NCBI GenBank assembly: GCA_964398655.1
Contig: CAYNNG010000002.1
Span: forward strand, 17,449-81,448
Reading direction: 5' to 3'
Origin: an uncultured Oscillospiraceae bacterium
GTDB lineage: Bacteria > Bacillota > Clostridia > Saccharofermentanales > DTU023
DNA: 64,000 nt
Shown here: piece by piece, positions 42,631 through 51,998 of the stretch
Layout of the letters: each line of letters starts with the position of its first letter
How positions within the stretch are numbered: the stretch's first letter is position 1
Program-made: the position numbers and the translations under genes
Notes under the pieces: model-generated
Told to the model about the DNA's origin: nothing
The model's database searches: none
What the model saw: the letters and a program-made list of their open reading frames with translations, nothing else

Positions 42631-44913
42631 GTGGCTAAGAAAAAATCTGGCGGTCAGGCTAATTCGGCCGCCTCGGAAAAAGAACTTCCGACCTATCAAG
42701 CTTTTGCTGAAGGCGCTAATCCGGGGGAAACAGAGTTAGTAACCATTACGGATACACTTAAGGATAACTACATGCCCTATGCCATGTCAGTTATTGTTTC
42801 TCGGGCGATTCCAGAAATAGATGGTTTTAAGCCTTCTCAACGCAAGGTGCTTTATACCATGTACCGCATGGGCCTCATGCGTGATCAGAGAGCTAAGTCG
42901 GCGGATATTGTTGGTCAAACTATGGCCTTTAATCCCCATGGTGACCAGACTATCTATGAGACTATGGTACGTATGACCCGGGGCAACGAGGCCCTGCTCC
43001 ACCCTTGGATTGACTCCAAGGGCAACATGGGCAAAGTGTATTCGCGGGACATGCAGTATGCTGCCTACCGTTATACAGAAGCCCGCTTGGATAAGTCTTG
43101 CGAGGCCCTGTTTCAGGGCCTGGAAAAGAATGCGGTAGATTTTGTCGATAACTATTCTGGCACCTTGCAAGAACCCCTGCTCCTGCCGGCGGCCTTGCCT
43201 ACCATTTTGATTAACGCTAACCAGGGTATAGCCGTAGGCATGGCCTCCAATATCCCTTCCTTTAACCTTAGGGAGGTGTGCGATGCTACACGAGCGCTGA
43301 TTGAAGATCCTCAAGCAGATATCCTCGAAATCATGCCTGCTCCGGATTTTTCTACAGGAGCAGCGATTATTTACGACCGTGAACAGATGGCCTCCATTTA
43401 TGAAACGGGGAGAGGGTCTTTTAAGCTCAAGGCCAAGTGCCAAATTACCAAGAAACCCCTGCGGATAGAGATTTTGGAAATTCCCTATACTACGACGATT
43501 GAAGCCATCATTGAAGAAGTAAATAAAAATGTTAAAAATGGCAAACTCAAGGAAATAGTGGATATCCGAGATGAAACCGACCTCAAGGGCCTTCGTATAA
43601 CCCTAGACCTTAAGAAAAATTCTGACCCAGAATTGGTTTTGAAAAAACTCTATGCCTTGACTCCTTTGATTTCCTCTTTTGCCTGCAACTGCAATCTCCT
43701 GGTGGATAATAAGCCGGGGGTTATGGGGGTGCGGGAAATCCTTTTGGAATGGCTGTCCTGGCGCCGCATCTGCCTGTCTAGAGAGTTGGCTTTTGACCAG
43801 CAAAAGTTAGAAGAAAAGCTGCACCTCCTGAGAGCCTTAGAGGCAGTGCTTTTGGATATTGACCGGGCTATTCGCATTATCCGCCGGACGGAGAAGGAGG
43901 ACGAGGTGGTGCCTCACTTGATGGCGGCATTCTCCATTGATGAGGTCCAGGCAGAATATGTGGCAGAAATTAAACTACGTCACCTTAACCGCGAATATCT
44001 CTTACGCCGTACCCAGGAGATTACGGCTCTAGAAGACCAAATCCGCGATATTGAAGCCATCCTGCACGATCGGAAACGCTTAGACCAGCTGATTTCTACA
44101 CAGTTGAAAGGCTATGCCCAAACCTATGGGAAGGACCGCAAGACTCAACTGGTGGCGGCAGAGAAGCTAGAAAGTATTAAGCTTGAGCCGCAGATTGAAG
44201 ACTACAATCTCAAGCTCTTCTTTACCCAAGAAGGCTACCTAAAGAAGTTACCGCTGACTTCACTGCGATCTGCCGGTGACCTCAAGGTCAAAGACGAGGA
44301 CAGGATTATTCAAGAGCTAGAAACCAGCAATAAGTCGGAAATTCTTTTCTTCTCCGACCAGGGCAATGTTTACAAGCTGTTCTGTTATGAAATTGATGAC
44401 CATAAGCCCTCGCAATGGGGTGAATTTGCACCAAATATCTTGGAGCTGGAGCCGGGAGAAAAAATTCTCTTTATCCATGCCACCAAAGATTTCTCAGGCT
44501 TCTTGCTTCTAGTCTTTGAGGATGGACGTATGGTAAAGGTCTCGGTGGACAGCTACGAAACTAAGAATAAACGTAAAAAACTGGTCAATGGCATTTATGG
44601 CGGTGCCCCTCTCAAAGCACTTTTCTTTATGGCAGAAGAAAATGGCAATGGGGACATGCTGGCGGTCTCCAGTCAAAACCGCATGATCCTCCTGGACACG
44701 GATTTGGTCCCTTATAAGAAGACAAGGTCCTCGCAAGGCATCCAGGCTTTAGGCCTAAAGGATAAAAATGTTTTAACCGAAGCTAGCCTGATTTCGCAAG
44801 CCAAAGCGGAGGATTATGCCTATTATCGTGTGCGAACCCTTCCGGCCTTTGGACGTTTCTTAAAAGACGATTTGCTGCAGGAGAGACAGCTGACTTTAGA
44901 CTTGCAGGACTAA
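42631..44913 (+). CDS. Type IIA DNA topoisomerase subunit A (GyrA/ParC family); no GyrA-box seen, so topo IV-like
   Basis: The sequence is YMPYAMSVIVSRAIPEIDGFKPSQRKVLYTMY, HPHGD-like NPHGDQ and AAYRYTEARL (catalytic Tyr). I found no QRRGGKG-type GyrA box in the 760-aa ORF. The start is the GTG at 42631, after the SD GGAGATGGAGG. Confidence 0.85.
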   Translation: MAKKKSGGQANSAASEKELPTYQAFAEGANPGETELVTITDTLKDNYMPYAMSVIVSRAIPEIDGFKPSQRKVLYTMYRMGLMRDQRAKSADIVGQTMAFNPHGDQTIYETMVRMTRGNEALLHPWIDSKGNMGKVYSRDMQYAAYRYTEARLDKSCEALFQGLEKNAVDFVDNYSGTLQEPLLLPAALPTILINANQGIAVGMASNIPSFNLREVCDATRALIEDPQADILEIMPAPDFSTGAAIIYDREQMASIYETGRGSFKLKAKCQITKKPLRIEILEIPYTTTIEAIIEEVNKNVKNGKLKEIVDIRDETDLKGLRITLDLKKNSDPELVLKKLYALTPLISSFACNCNLLVDNKPGVMGVREILLEWLSWRRICLSRELAFDQQKLEEKLHLLRALEAVLLDIDRAIRIIRRTEKEDEVVPHLMAAFSIDEVQAEYVAEIKLRHLNREYLLRRTQEITALEDQIRDIEAILHDRKRLDQLISTQLKGYAQTYGKDRKTQLVAAEKLESIKLEPQIEDYNLKLFFTQEGYLKKLPLTSLRSAGDLKVKDEDRIIQELETSNKSEILFFSDQGNVYKLFCYEIDDHKPSQWGEFAPNILELEPGEKILFIHATKDFSGFLLLVFEDGRMVKVSVDSYETKNKRKKLVNGIYGGAPLKALFFMAEENGNGDMLAVSSQNRMILLDTDLVPYKKTRSSQGIQALGLKDKNVLTEASLISQAKAEDYAYYRVRTLPAFGRFLKDDLLQERQLTLDLQD

Positions 44914-44980
44914 GGTTTGACCGAGCGTTTTCCCTGGCTATAAACTTAACCACATCGGTTCGCGGGGAGGAGAATTTTAC

Positions 44981-46843
44981 TTGCGTAACAAGAAGGATGA
45001 CTACATTTACCCTCAGGCCAAAAAGCCCCGGCTGTCCCGCAAAACTCTGCTTAGCCTGGGCATTGTTTTGGCTTTTATAGCCTTAATCCTCGGACTGGTG
45101 TACTTCCGGGAAGCGAGGAATGAGCAAGCGGCCATGGGGAATTTTGAAAGAGCTTTGGCCGACCAGGACTACGCTACTGCGATGGATCTTTATTATCGCG
45201 TCCAAGACCAGGCTACAGACCAGGAGCTAAACCCTGCGGACCGGGTCCCCGCCCAAAGTATGCAGGTAGCCATGGAAGGCAAGGTTGCGGAGTTGGTGGA
45301 GGCCAGTCTCCACCGTTTAGAAGCAGGGGAGGCCCTAAGCCCGGCGGAGAAAAACTGTATTGAAGATTTGCGCTTTTTGTCTTCCATGCAAGTTATTCCT
45401 TTTTTGCGCACGAAAACTGAAGATCTCTTGGATGGCAAGCTAGAGCCCAGCCGCTGGGAAAGTATGCTCTTGGCTTTTTCTGACTTAGAAAATCTGCATA
45501 ATTACACGCAGGAACTTTTAGAGCAAAAAGCCAGTCTCTTGTCCAAGATAAGTAAGTTTGAAGAGGCGGGGGAACTAGAGCAGGGAGATAAATGGCAGCT
45601 CACCTGGTCGGCTTGGGATGAATTAGCTCAAGACTTTGAGGGGTCTGCTTTTGCTAGGGAATATGCCTCTTTCCGTTTGTCCGCTTTCCAGGAAAGAGAG
45701 TATGCTCATCTGATGACCCTGACGGAGCAAATGATGGAAGCCGAGCAGTACTATACCGCATATAGTTTACTTACACTCATGCACGAGGTCTTTCCTGACC
45801 GCGCTGCTCTGGCAGAACGTCTGGAGGACTGCAGCAAACTAATTCCCGCGGCGGTCGATACCTGGCAGGGTGATATCTTAGTCTTGTCTGTCCGTCCCTT
45901 GATTGTAAGGCCCGAGCTAGCTTTTGGCCGCAGTACGGAGGCAGGCTATGCCCAGAGTTCGCTGATTAGCTCGCAGGAGTTTTTGCAGTTGCTGGAGATC
46001 CTCTACCGCAATGATTATGTCTTAATATCCAGCCGACAATTCGAGCCATGGCCGCAGAAGAGGGTAGAGCTTAAAGTCCCCAGCGGGAAGAAACCCTTGC
46101 TGCTTATCTTTGACCGCTGGCAATATTCTGTCCTCAATCAGGTTTCAGGCACGGCGTCGAAGTTGAGCATTACGGAGGATGGCCAATTAGTCGCCCAAGC
46201 GGGGCTTGCTCAAGGTAGGGACTTAGACGCGATCCCCTTGCTAGAGGATTTTCTGGCTAAGCATCCCGATTTCGCCTTTGACGGTGCGAAGGCACTTTTA
46301 GCCCTCAATCTTAAAGAGAACCTTTTGGGCTACGCGGTTAGTCCAGACCAGGTGGAGGCCAGCAAAGAAGCTTGGAAGCAAGTAGGCCAGACCTATCCTG
46401 AGCTCACGGAAGAAGAAATCCTAGGTCAAAGGGAAGAAGTTTCGCAAGTAATGACCTATCTGCAGGAACACGGCTGGTCCTTTGCCTCTGCGGGTTATGT
46501 GGGTTATGACACAGGCTCCCTGGCTTTGGATGATCTCGTGCCGGAGCTGGACCAGTGGTCGCAGCTGATGTCTTCTTGGCTGCCCGAAACGCCCTATTTC
46601 GTGTTCCCTAACGGTTCCCATGTCTATAACCGGGAAGACAGTCTTGACCTTATGTTAGGGAGGGGTTTCCGCATATTTTTTGGCCAAGGCCCCAAGCCCT
46701 ATCACTTTTACACAAGGAACTACGCCCACTTTGACGCTCTAAGCCTGAATGGCTACAGCCTTTCTGCTCCAGAGGCCTATTTAGCAGCTAATTTGCTTGA
46801 GGGGCGGGACATCCTGGACCATGACCTGAGGGATGGGGATTAG
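44981..46843 (+). CDS. Membrane-anchored hypothetical protein; helical N-terminal half and a C-terminal half with a weak polysaccharide-deacetylase (NodB)-like pattern
   Basis: The TM helix is LLSLGIVLAFIALILGLVYF. The C-terminal segments ILVLSVRPLIV...SSQEFLQLLEILYRNDYVLIS and PLLLIFDRWQYS resemble NodB-family strands, but FDRW replaces the metal/catalytic DD. The start is a TTG after the SD GGGGAGGAG. Confidence 0.35.
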   Translation: MRNKKDDYIYPQAKKPRLSRKTLLSLGIVLAFIALILGLVYFREARNEQAAMGNFERALADQDYATAMDLYYRVQDQATDQELNPADRVPAQSMQVAMEGKVAELVEASLHRLEAGEALSPAEKNCIEDLRFLSSMQVIPFLRTKTEDLLDGKLEPSRWESMLLAFSDLENLHNYTQELLEQKASLLSKISKFEEAGELEQGDKWQLTWSAWDELAQDFEGSAFAREYASFRLSAFQEREYAHLMTLTEQMMEAEQYYTAYSLLTLMHEVFPDRAALAERLEDCSKLIPAAVDTWQGDILVLSVRPLIVRPELAFGRSTEAGYAQSSLISSQEFLQLLEILYRNDYVLISSRQFEPWPQKRVELKVPSGKKPLLLIFDRWQYSVLNQVSGTASKLSITEDGQLVAQAGLAQGRDLDAIPLLEDFLAKHPDFAFDGAKALLALNLKENLLGYAVSPDQVEASKEAWKQVGQTYPELTEEEILGQREEVSQVMTYLQEHGWSFASAGYVGYDTGSLALDDLVPELDQWSQLMSSWLPETPYFVFPNGSHVYNREDSLDLMLGRGFRIFFGQGPKPYHFYTRNYAHFDALSLNGYSLSAPEAYLAANLLEGRDILDHDLRDGD

Positions 46844-47714
46844 GCCCTACGAGGCTGCCGGTGTCTTCCGGATGGAAGGAGTTCTTCACATAGAGTTGGA
46901 GTTGCTTGGCTTGTAAAGGCCAAATAGCCTCAGGGTGAAGTACACTTGCTCCTTGCTCGGCCATTTCGAGCATCTGTTCATAGGTAAGATAGGGCAGAGG
47001 TTGGGCCGCGGGATGCACTCTAGGGTCTGTGACAAAGACCCCCGAAACATCTGTCCAAATCTCGCAGTCAGCTTGGAGCGCAGCCGCCAGCCAAGCCGCA
47101 GTTACATCCGATCCTCCCCGTGAAAGGGGGCGGCGTCTGCCTGCAAAATCTCTTCCGTAGAAACCTGGGATAACCAAGAGTTCGTACTCATCCAAGAGGG
47201 GGAGGAGCTGGTCTTGCACGCGCTCTAAAGAATCTTCATGCATGCGGTAATGGTCTCCCGTTTTATGGACCAGGATACCAGCTTGACCCGCACCCACAAA
47301 TTTTGCCCGATGTCCCAATTTGCAAAGGTAGGCGGCCATTACGGACGCAGAAAAGATTTCGCCTAAGGCGATAAGACCATCATAGCGATCCACACTGAGG
47401 TCTTTTTCCTCTTCTTTCAGCCTCTCGCTGATGCGCTGGCCATGCAGCATATCGTCTTGGTGGATACCCAGCTCTTCTGTAATTTCTTGAAAGTGAGCCT
47501 CAATCTCTTGGCGCAGGAGGATAGATTTATCCTCGTTTTGGGAATAGGCTAAATCGATCAGGAGGTCGGTGATTTTGCGATCTTGAGGAAAACGTTTGCC
47601 AGGGGCGGAGCAAACACAAACCCTGCGCTTAGCATCAGCCGTAAGAATTGCCGCAGCTTGCCGAAAACGTGTGGCAGTTGCCAGAGAAGTTCCACCAAAT
47701 TTTGCGACTAACAT
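46788..47714 (-). CDS. Aspartokinase-like amino-acid kinase, catalytic domain only (no ACT domains)
   Basis: The sequence is MLVAKFGGTSLATA...VCVCSAPGKR..DRKITDLL...GGSDVTAAWLAAAL..CEIWTDVSGVFVTDPR...VLHPEAI. The 308-aa ORF ends where the ACT domains would begin. Its 3' end overlaps the convergent gene by 56 nt. Confidence 0.7.
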   Translation of the reverse strand: MLVAKFGGTSLATATRFRQAAAILTADAKRRVCVCSAPGKRFPQDRKITDLLIDLAYSQNEDKSILLRQEIEAHFQEITEELGIHQDDMLHGQRISERLKEEEKDLSVDRYDGLIALGEIFSASVMAAYLCKLGHRAKFVGAGQAGILVHKTGDHYRMHEDSLERVQDQLLPLLDEYELLVIPGFYGRDFAGRRRPLSRGGSDVTAAWLAAALQADCEIWTDVSGVFVTDPRVHPAAQPLPYLTYEQMLEMAEQGASVLHPEAIWPLQAKQLQLYVKNSFHPEDTGSLVGPNPHPSGHGPGCPAPQAN

Positions 47715-47862
47715 TTGCCCTACCTCCTAGACTAAATCTTGGCTTTAAAGCGCCTCATCATAGCATGATCGCCCCACCTCTGCCAGCTTCTTTGTTATAA
47801 TTCAGCAGATGGCAGCCATGTTTAGTAGGGCTGGGTCGGTGCGTAAAGAAGCGGAGTAGTTA

Positions 47863-48396
47863 ATGGCTAAATTATTTATACCAGATTATTATGTTGAAGA
47901 ACTCTTAAATGTGGACTGGACCTTCCTTAAGGGCCTGGGTGTTCGGCATATTTATCTAGATATTGATAATACTTTGGAGCTGCACGGTGCCAGGTTAGCT
48001 GGCGACAGGACCCAGCAAATTTGCCAGGATATTCTCGAGGCGGGACTGGGCCTTTCTGTACTTTCCAATGCAGCCACGGAAAGAGCCCGCGCTTTCTGTG
48101 CTCCCCTGGGCCTGGACTATCTGGGTCAGGCGGCCAAACCCTTGACTTCTCGGATGAGAGAACATATGGAGGGCCTAGGTTTGCAAGCAGAAGAGGTAGC
48201 CTTGGTAGGAGACCAGATCTTTACGGACCTTTGGTGTGCCAGAAGCTTAGGAGCCAAGGCTATCTTGGCACAAAGCTTAGGTGGGGAGGAGGGCTTCTGG
48301 CTGAGGGTTAAACGCCAACTAGAGAAATTTTTGGTGCTAATTGGCCAGGACCCGCGTAAAGCTCCTGCTTTGCCCCTGAAGCCTTCTCTTGCGTGA
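47863..48396 (+). CDS. yqeG: YqeG-family HAD-IIIA phosphatase
   Basis: The motifs are GVRHIYLDIDNTL (DxDxT), LSVLSNA and LVGDQIFTDL. The size of about 175 aa is typical. Confidence 0.8.
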   Translation: MAKLFIPDYYVEELLNVDWTFLKGLGVRHIYLDIDNTLELHGARLAGDRTQQICQDILEAGLGLSVLSNAATERARAFCAPLGLDYLGQAAKPLTSRMREHMEGLGLQAEEVALVGDQIFTDLWCARSLGAKAILAQSLGGEEGFWLRVKRQLEKFLVLIGQDPRKAPALPLKPSLA

Positions 48397-48490
48397 GACG
48401 GCTCGATAGCATAGAATATTACAAGTTTACTAGATCAATATACGACCAATAATTGGCCAGGCCTTTTATTGTTCAAACTTAGGAGGATTT

Positions 48491-49054
48491 ATGATTAGCG
48501 CAGGTGATTTCCGAAATGGTGTTTGTTTTGAAATGGATGGTCAACTCTATCAAGTAGTAGAGTTCCAACACGTAAAACCTGGTAAAGGCGCAGCCTTTGT
48601 CCGCACCAAATACCGCAACATTAAAACTGGTGCGGTAGTTGAAAACAGCTTTAACCCTAATGAAAAGTATGAGGAAGTCCAACTTAATCGAGATGACATG
48701 ACCTACCTCTATTCAGATGGCAACCTTTACTATTTCATGAACACGGAAACTTTTGAACAAATTCCGGTAAATGCAGACGCTATTGGTGATGGCCTCCGCT
48801 TCCTCAAAGAAAACATGGAAGTCCGCATGATGTCTTATAAAGGCGAGGTTATCTCCATCGAAATTCCCAACTTTGTAGAGCTGGAAGTAACCGAATGTGA
48901 GCCTGGAGTCAGGGGAGATACTGCTACCAACGCTACCAAATCTGCGGTAGTAGAGACCGGCGCGGAAATTCGTGTACCTCTGTTCATTAACCAGGGTGAT
49001 GTAATCCGCATTGATACGCGTACTGGTGAATACATGGAAAGGGCCAAGTCATAA
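48491..49054 (+). CDS. efp: Translation elongation factor P
   Basis: The sequence is [47 protein letters not shown]... and continues full length (187 aa) with the EF-P pattern. Confidence 0.95.
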   Translation: MISAGDFRNGVCFEMDGQLYQVVEFQHVKPGKGAAFVRTKYRNIKTGAVVENSFNPNEKYEEVQLNRDDMTYLYSDGNLYYFMNTETFEQIPVNADAIGDGLRFLKENMEVRMMSYKGEVISIEIPNFVELEVTECEPGVRGDTATNATKSAVVETGAEIRVPLFINQGDVIRIDTRTGEYMERAKS

Positions 49055-49076
49055 TTCTTGACCTGTCCTTGTAAAC

Positions 49077-49454
49077 ATGCCTGACTATAACGAATACCCG
49101 CCGATTAAGGGAGACCGTACGCTCTCTCAGGGCTTCATTGCCCAATATGCTGCTGAGGCAGCCCTCAGTGTTTCCGGCGTGGCAAAACTCGATACGGGTC
49201 TGGTAGTTTCATTAAAAGAAGCCTTAGGGGCCGAGCACTATGGTAAGGGTGTCCGGGTGCGCTTTGACCGGCAAGATTCCGCTGTGGTAAATATTGATGT
49301 TTATCCGATCATGTATTACGGCTACATCTTGCCGGACGTTGCCTGGGCGGTACAAGAAAAGATTAAGTCTGATGTTGAGGAATACACAGGACTGAGCGTA
49401 AATGAGGTCAACGTCCAGGTCATGGGAGTTGTAGAAGAAGGAGCAGAACTATGA
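49077..49454 (+). CDS. asp23: Asp23/Gls24-family alkaline shock protein
   Basis: The sequence is ...FIAQYAAEAALSVSGVAKL...GVRVRFD...VNIDVY...YGYILPDVAWAVQEKIKSDVEEYTGLSVNEVNVQV. Confidence 0.85.
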   Translation: MPDYNEYPPIKGDRTLSQGFIAQYAAEAALSVSGVAKLDTGLVVSLKEALGAEHYGKGVRVRFDRQDSAVVNIDVYPIMYYGYILPDVAWAVQEKIKSDVEEYTGLSVNEVNVQVMGVVEEGAEL

Positions 49455-50002
49455 GCCGCTGGAATCGTATTTTAGCTGTTATTTTTTCGTTCCTAATTGC
49501 CTTGGGGTCCTTAATCACGATCCTCATGTTCTTGTCCGAAGACATCATGTCTGCCATGATTGCTTTCCTGCTGCGTATCCAGAAGATCGCTGGCTGGCGG
49601 AGCTCCGTCGTGGTAGTATCGATCATCTTATTTATTGTGGCTTTGGTAGCCCTCCTGCTGACGATCATGACAGGCCGGCTGCACAAGGCTCGGGTAAGGT
49701 CTTCCAACCTAGGTGACGTAGATATTGGGGTTGACGCGATTGAAAGCATAGCGCTCAATGCGGCCAACAATGCCCAAGCAGGAGTAAAGTCTGTGAAGGC
49801 GCGTGTAGCGCCTAAAGACGGAGATAATATCATGGTCAGCCTTAACATCACCTCTTATCCGGATGTGGAGATTCCCGCTATGATGACCAAGGTCCAGGAA
49901 AGAGTAAAAAAAGATGTTGAACGTTATACAGGTATTCAGGTAGCGGAGGTACCAATTAAGGTTAGTCAGGTGGAAACCGTATCCGCTCGCATTGAACGCT
50001 AG
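49451..50002 (+). CDS. amaP: AmaP-like membrane anchor protein of the Asp23 system
   Basis: It has two N-terminal TM helices followed by an Asp23-like domain (VDIGVDAIESIALNAANN...VKKDVERYTGIQVAEVPIKV). The start overlaps the asp23 stop (ATGA). Confidence 0.7.
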   Translation: MSRWNRILAVIFSFLIALGSLITILMFLSEDIMSAMIAFLLRIQKIAGWRSSVVVVSIILFIVALVALLLTIMTGRLHKARVRSSNLGDVDIGVDAIESIALNAANNAQAGVKSVKARVAPKDGDNIMVSLNITSYPDVEIPAMMTKVQERVKKDVERYTGIQVAEVPIKVSQVETVSARIER

Positions 50003-50011
50003 GGGGCTTGC

Positions 50012-50257
50012 ATGCCGGAAAATAAGTCCTTGCTGCAGCAAATTTCGCAAGATATTGAGCACCTCTCTACGGGGGGCAAAGGGGCTATTCTGGGATTTAT
50101 CTTAGGCCTCCTGCTCATCATCTTCGGCCTGTTAAAGACCCTGTTTGTACTTATTTTGACCCTCATAGGCTATATCGTGGGCCTTCGCCTGTTTACACGT
50201 TATGGATCTGTACGAGACTTTTTAGACAAGATATTTCCCCCCGGTTTTTTTAGGTAG
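50012..50257 (+). CDS. DUF2273-like small integral membrane protein
   Basis: The 81-aa protein has two TM helices (GAILGFILGLLLIIFGLL and LFVLILTLIGYIVGL). Its position in the asp23 operon matches staphylococcal and Bacillus asp23 loci. Confidence 0.6.
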   Translation: MPENKSLLQQISQDIEHLSTGGKGAILGFILGLLLIIFGLLKTLFVLILTLIGYIVGLRLFTRYGSVRDFLDKIFPPGFFR

Positions 50258-50266
50258 AGGCATAAG

Positions 50267-50677
50267 ATGACAAGAAGTGAAATCCGTGAACAAGCCTTAC
50301 GTTTCTTATATCAGTTGGCCGTACAGACTGGCGATGCTGCCCAGCAGGAGGAACGCTTTTTGAGCTATAACGATTTTACGGCAGCAGACTTAGAGTTCTT
50401 CCACATCTTAGTGCATGGGGTGACCGCCCATAAGGAAGAATTAGATCAAGAAATAACTCAAGCTTTGGTGGATTGGAAGTTTGACCGCCTCCCCCTAGTT
50501 GACCAAAATATTTTGCGCATGGCTTGGTTCGAAATCAAATATTCTGAAGATGTACCTGCCGCGGTAGCCATTTCGGAAGCTGTACAACTGGCTAAACTCT
50601 ACTCAGACGAGGGAGCACATTCCTATATCAATGCCGTGCTGGGTTCGCTGTATCGCCAGCATGAGGCCCAGGAATGA
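50267..50677 (+). CDS. nusB: Transcription antitermination factor NusB
   Basis: The sequence is TRSEIREQALRFLYQ...DRLPLVDQNILRMAWFEIKY..DVPAAVAISEAVQLAKLYS...SYINAVLG. Confidence 0.9.
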   Translation: MTRSEIREQALRFLYQLAVQTGDAAQQEERFLSYNDFTAADLEFFHILVHGVTAHKEELDQEITQALVDWKFDRLPLVDQNILRMAWFEIKYSEDVPAAVAISEAVQLAKLYSDEGAHSYINAVLGSLYRQHEAQE

Positions 50678-51945
50678 GTGTATACCGCCTCACAGTTTCT
50701 CAATTAAACGCCCTGGCCAGCGAAATATTAAGTCAAGCCCCACTTGCGGACTGCGAACTTTTAGGAGAGATTTCGGCGGCTACTCTGGCTGCTTCTGGCC
50801 ATTTTTACTTTACTCTTAAAGATTCTGCGGCGAGTGTCTCTTGTGTCATGTTCCGCCAGGATTTCTCCCGCCTCGCCCAAAGGCCGCAGGTAGGGGACCA
50901 GGTAATCCTGCGCGGCAGAGCCGGACTTTATCAAAGAGATGGTCGTTTCCAATTTTATGCTCAAGACTTGCAGCTGGGCGGGCAAGGAAATCTCTGGCAG
51001 CAATTTGCTGCCCTTAAAGCGGAACTGGAGGCCAAGGGCTACTTTGCGCCTGAACATAAGCAGAAGCTGCCATTTTTGCCCAGAATTATTGGGGTGGTCA
51101 CCTCCTCCAAAGGAGCGGCGGTGCACGACATAATTAACGTCAGCCAGCGTCGTTTTCCCGGCATTAAGCTGCAGCTTATCCCGGTAGCCGTGCAGGGACC
51201 TGGCTCCGCTAAAGAAATTGCCAGAGCAATTAAAATTTTTAATTATTTAGGTCAGGCTGACCTGCTCATAGTGGGCAGAGGCGGGGGTTCGCAAGAAGAT
51301 CTGTGGTCTTTTAATGAACGCATAGTGGCAGATGCCATTTACCAGTCTAGGATTCCCATTATCTCAGCCGTTGGCCACGAAACGGACTTCTCAATTGCTG
51401 ATTTTGTGGCGGATTTAAGGGCCCCCACCCCTTCAGCGGCCGCTGAGCTGGCTGTACCTGTGAAGACTGAGCTCTTAGCAAAAATTCAAGAGTTAACGCA
51501 AGCTCTGAACCGCGGTCTGATCCAACAAATTAATAGCTGCCGGCAGCGAGACCAGGCTGCCAACCGCCGTCTTTACCGGGCCTGGAACAATCGCCTGGCG
51601 GAGGAAAGCCAAGCCTTGGATGCCCTGGTTAATCGGCCGGTCCTGCAATCTCCGCTCCAAAGCCTAAAGCTGCGCCGCCAGGAACTCTTAAGTCTGAGCA
51701 GGGATTTACGCAGAGCTCAGACTAGCGGAACAGAGCGCTGTGCACGTCAGTTGCAAGATCTGGCCAGCAAGCTAGAGCTGCTAAATCCTTATAATGTTCT
51801 GCAGAGAGGCTATACAGCAGTCTTGGACCAAGAAGGCAAGATTCTCTCTCGCCTTAGCCAGGTCCAGAAGGGCGGCCTGGTAAATATCCGTTTTATCGAC
51901 GGTGAAGCCCTGGCAGAAGTTACCGACCTGGTAGACCCCAGCTAG
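50674..51945 (+). CDS. xseA: Exodeoxyribonuclease VII large subunit
   Basis: The sequence is YRLTVSQLN...GHFYFTLKD..ASVSCVMF...IGVVTSSKGAAVHDI...LIVGRGGGSQEDLWSFN...PIISAVGHETDFSIADFVADLRAPTPSAAAE. Confidence 0.92.
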   Translation: MSVYRLTVSQLNALASEILSQAPLADCELLGEISAATLAASGHFYFTLKDSAASVSCVMFRQDFSRLAQRPQVGDQVILRGRAGLYQRDGRFQFYAQDLQLGGQGNLWQQFAALKAELEAKGYFAPEHKQKLPFLPRIIGVVTSSKGAAVHDIINVSQRRFPGIKLQLIPVAVQGPGSAKEIARAIKIFNYLGQADLLIVGRGGGSQEDLWSFNERIVADAIYQSRIPIISAVGHETDFSIADFVADLRAPTPSAAAELAVPVKTELLAKIQELTQALNRGLIQQINSCRQRDQAANRRLYRAWNNRLAEESQALDALVNRPVLQSPLQSLKLRRQELLSLSRDLRRAQTSGTERCARQLQDLASKLELLNPYNVLQRGYTAVLDQEGKILSRLSQVQKGGLVNIRFIDGEALAEVTDLVDPS

Positions 51946-51998
51946 ACCTGCTATTTTTTGAAGCATAGTGTGATCACGTATCTATACAAGGAGTAAAC

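Noticed and set aside
42787-43443. A 218-aa minus-strand ORF, together with similar antisense ORFs at 49420-49851, 54954-55463, 21503-21943 and 41242-41742
   Set aside because: Each is antisense to, or out of frame within, a confidently identified gene (the parC-like gene, amaP, argR, argS and the gyrB-like gene). They are shadow ORFs.
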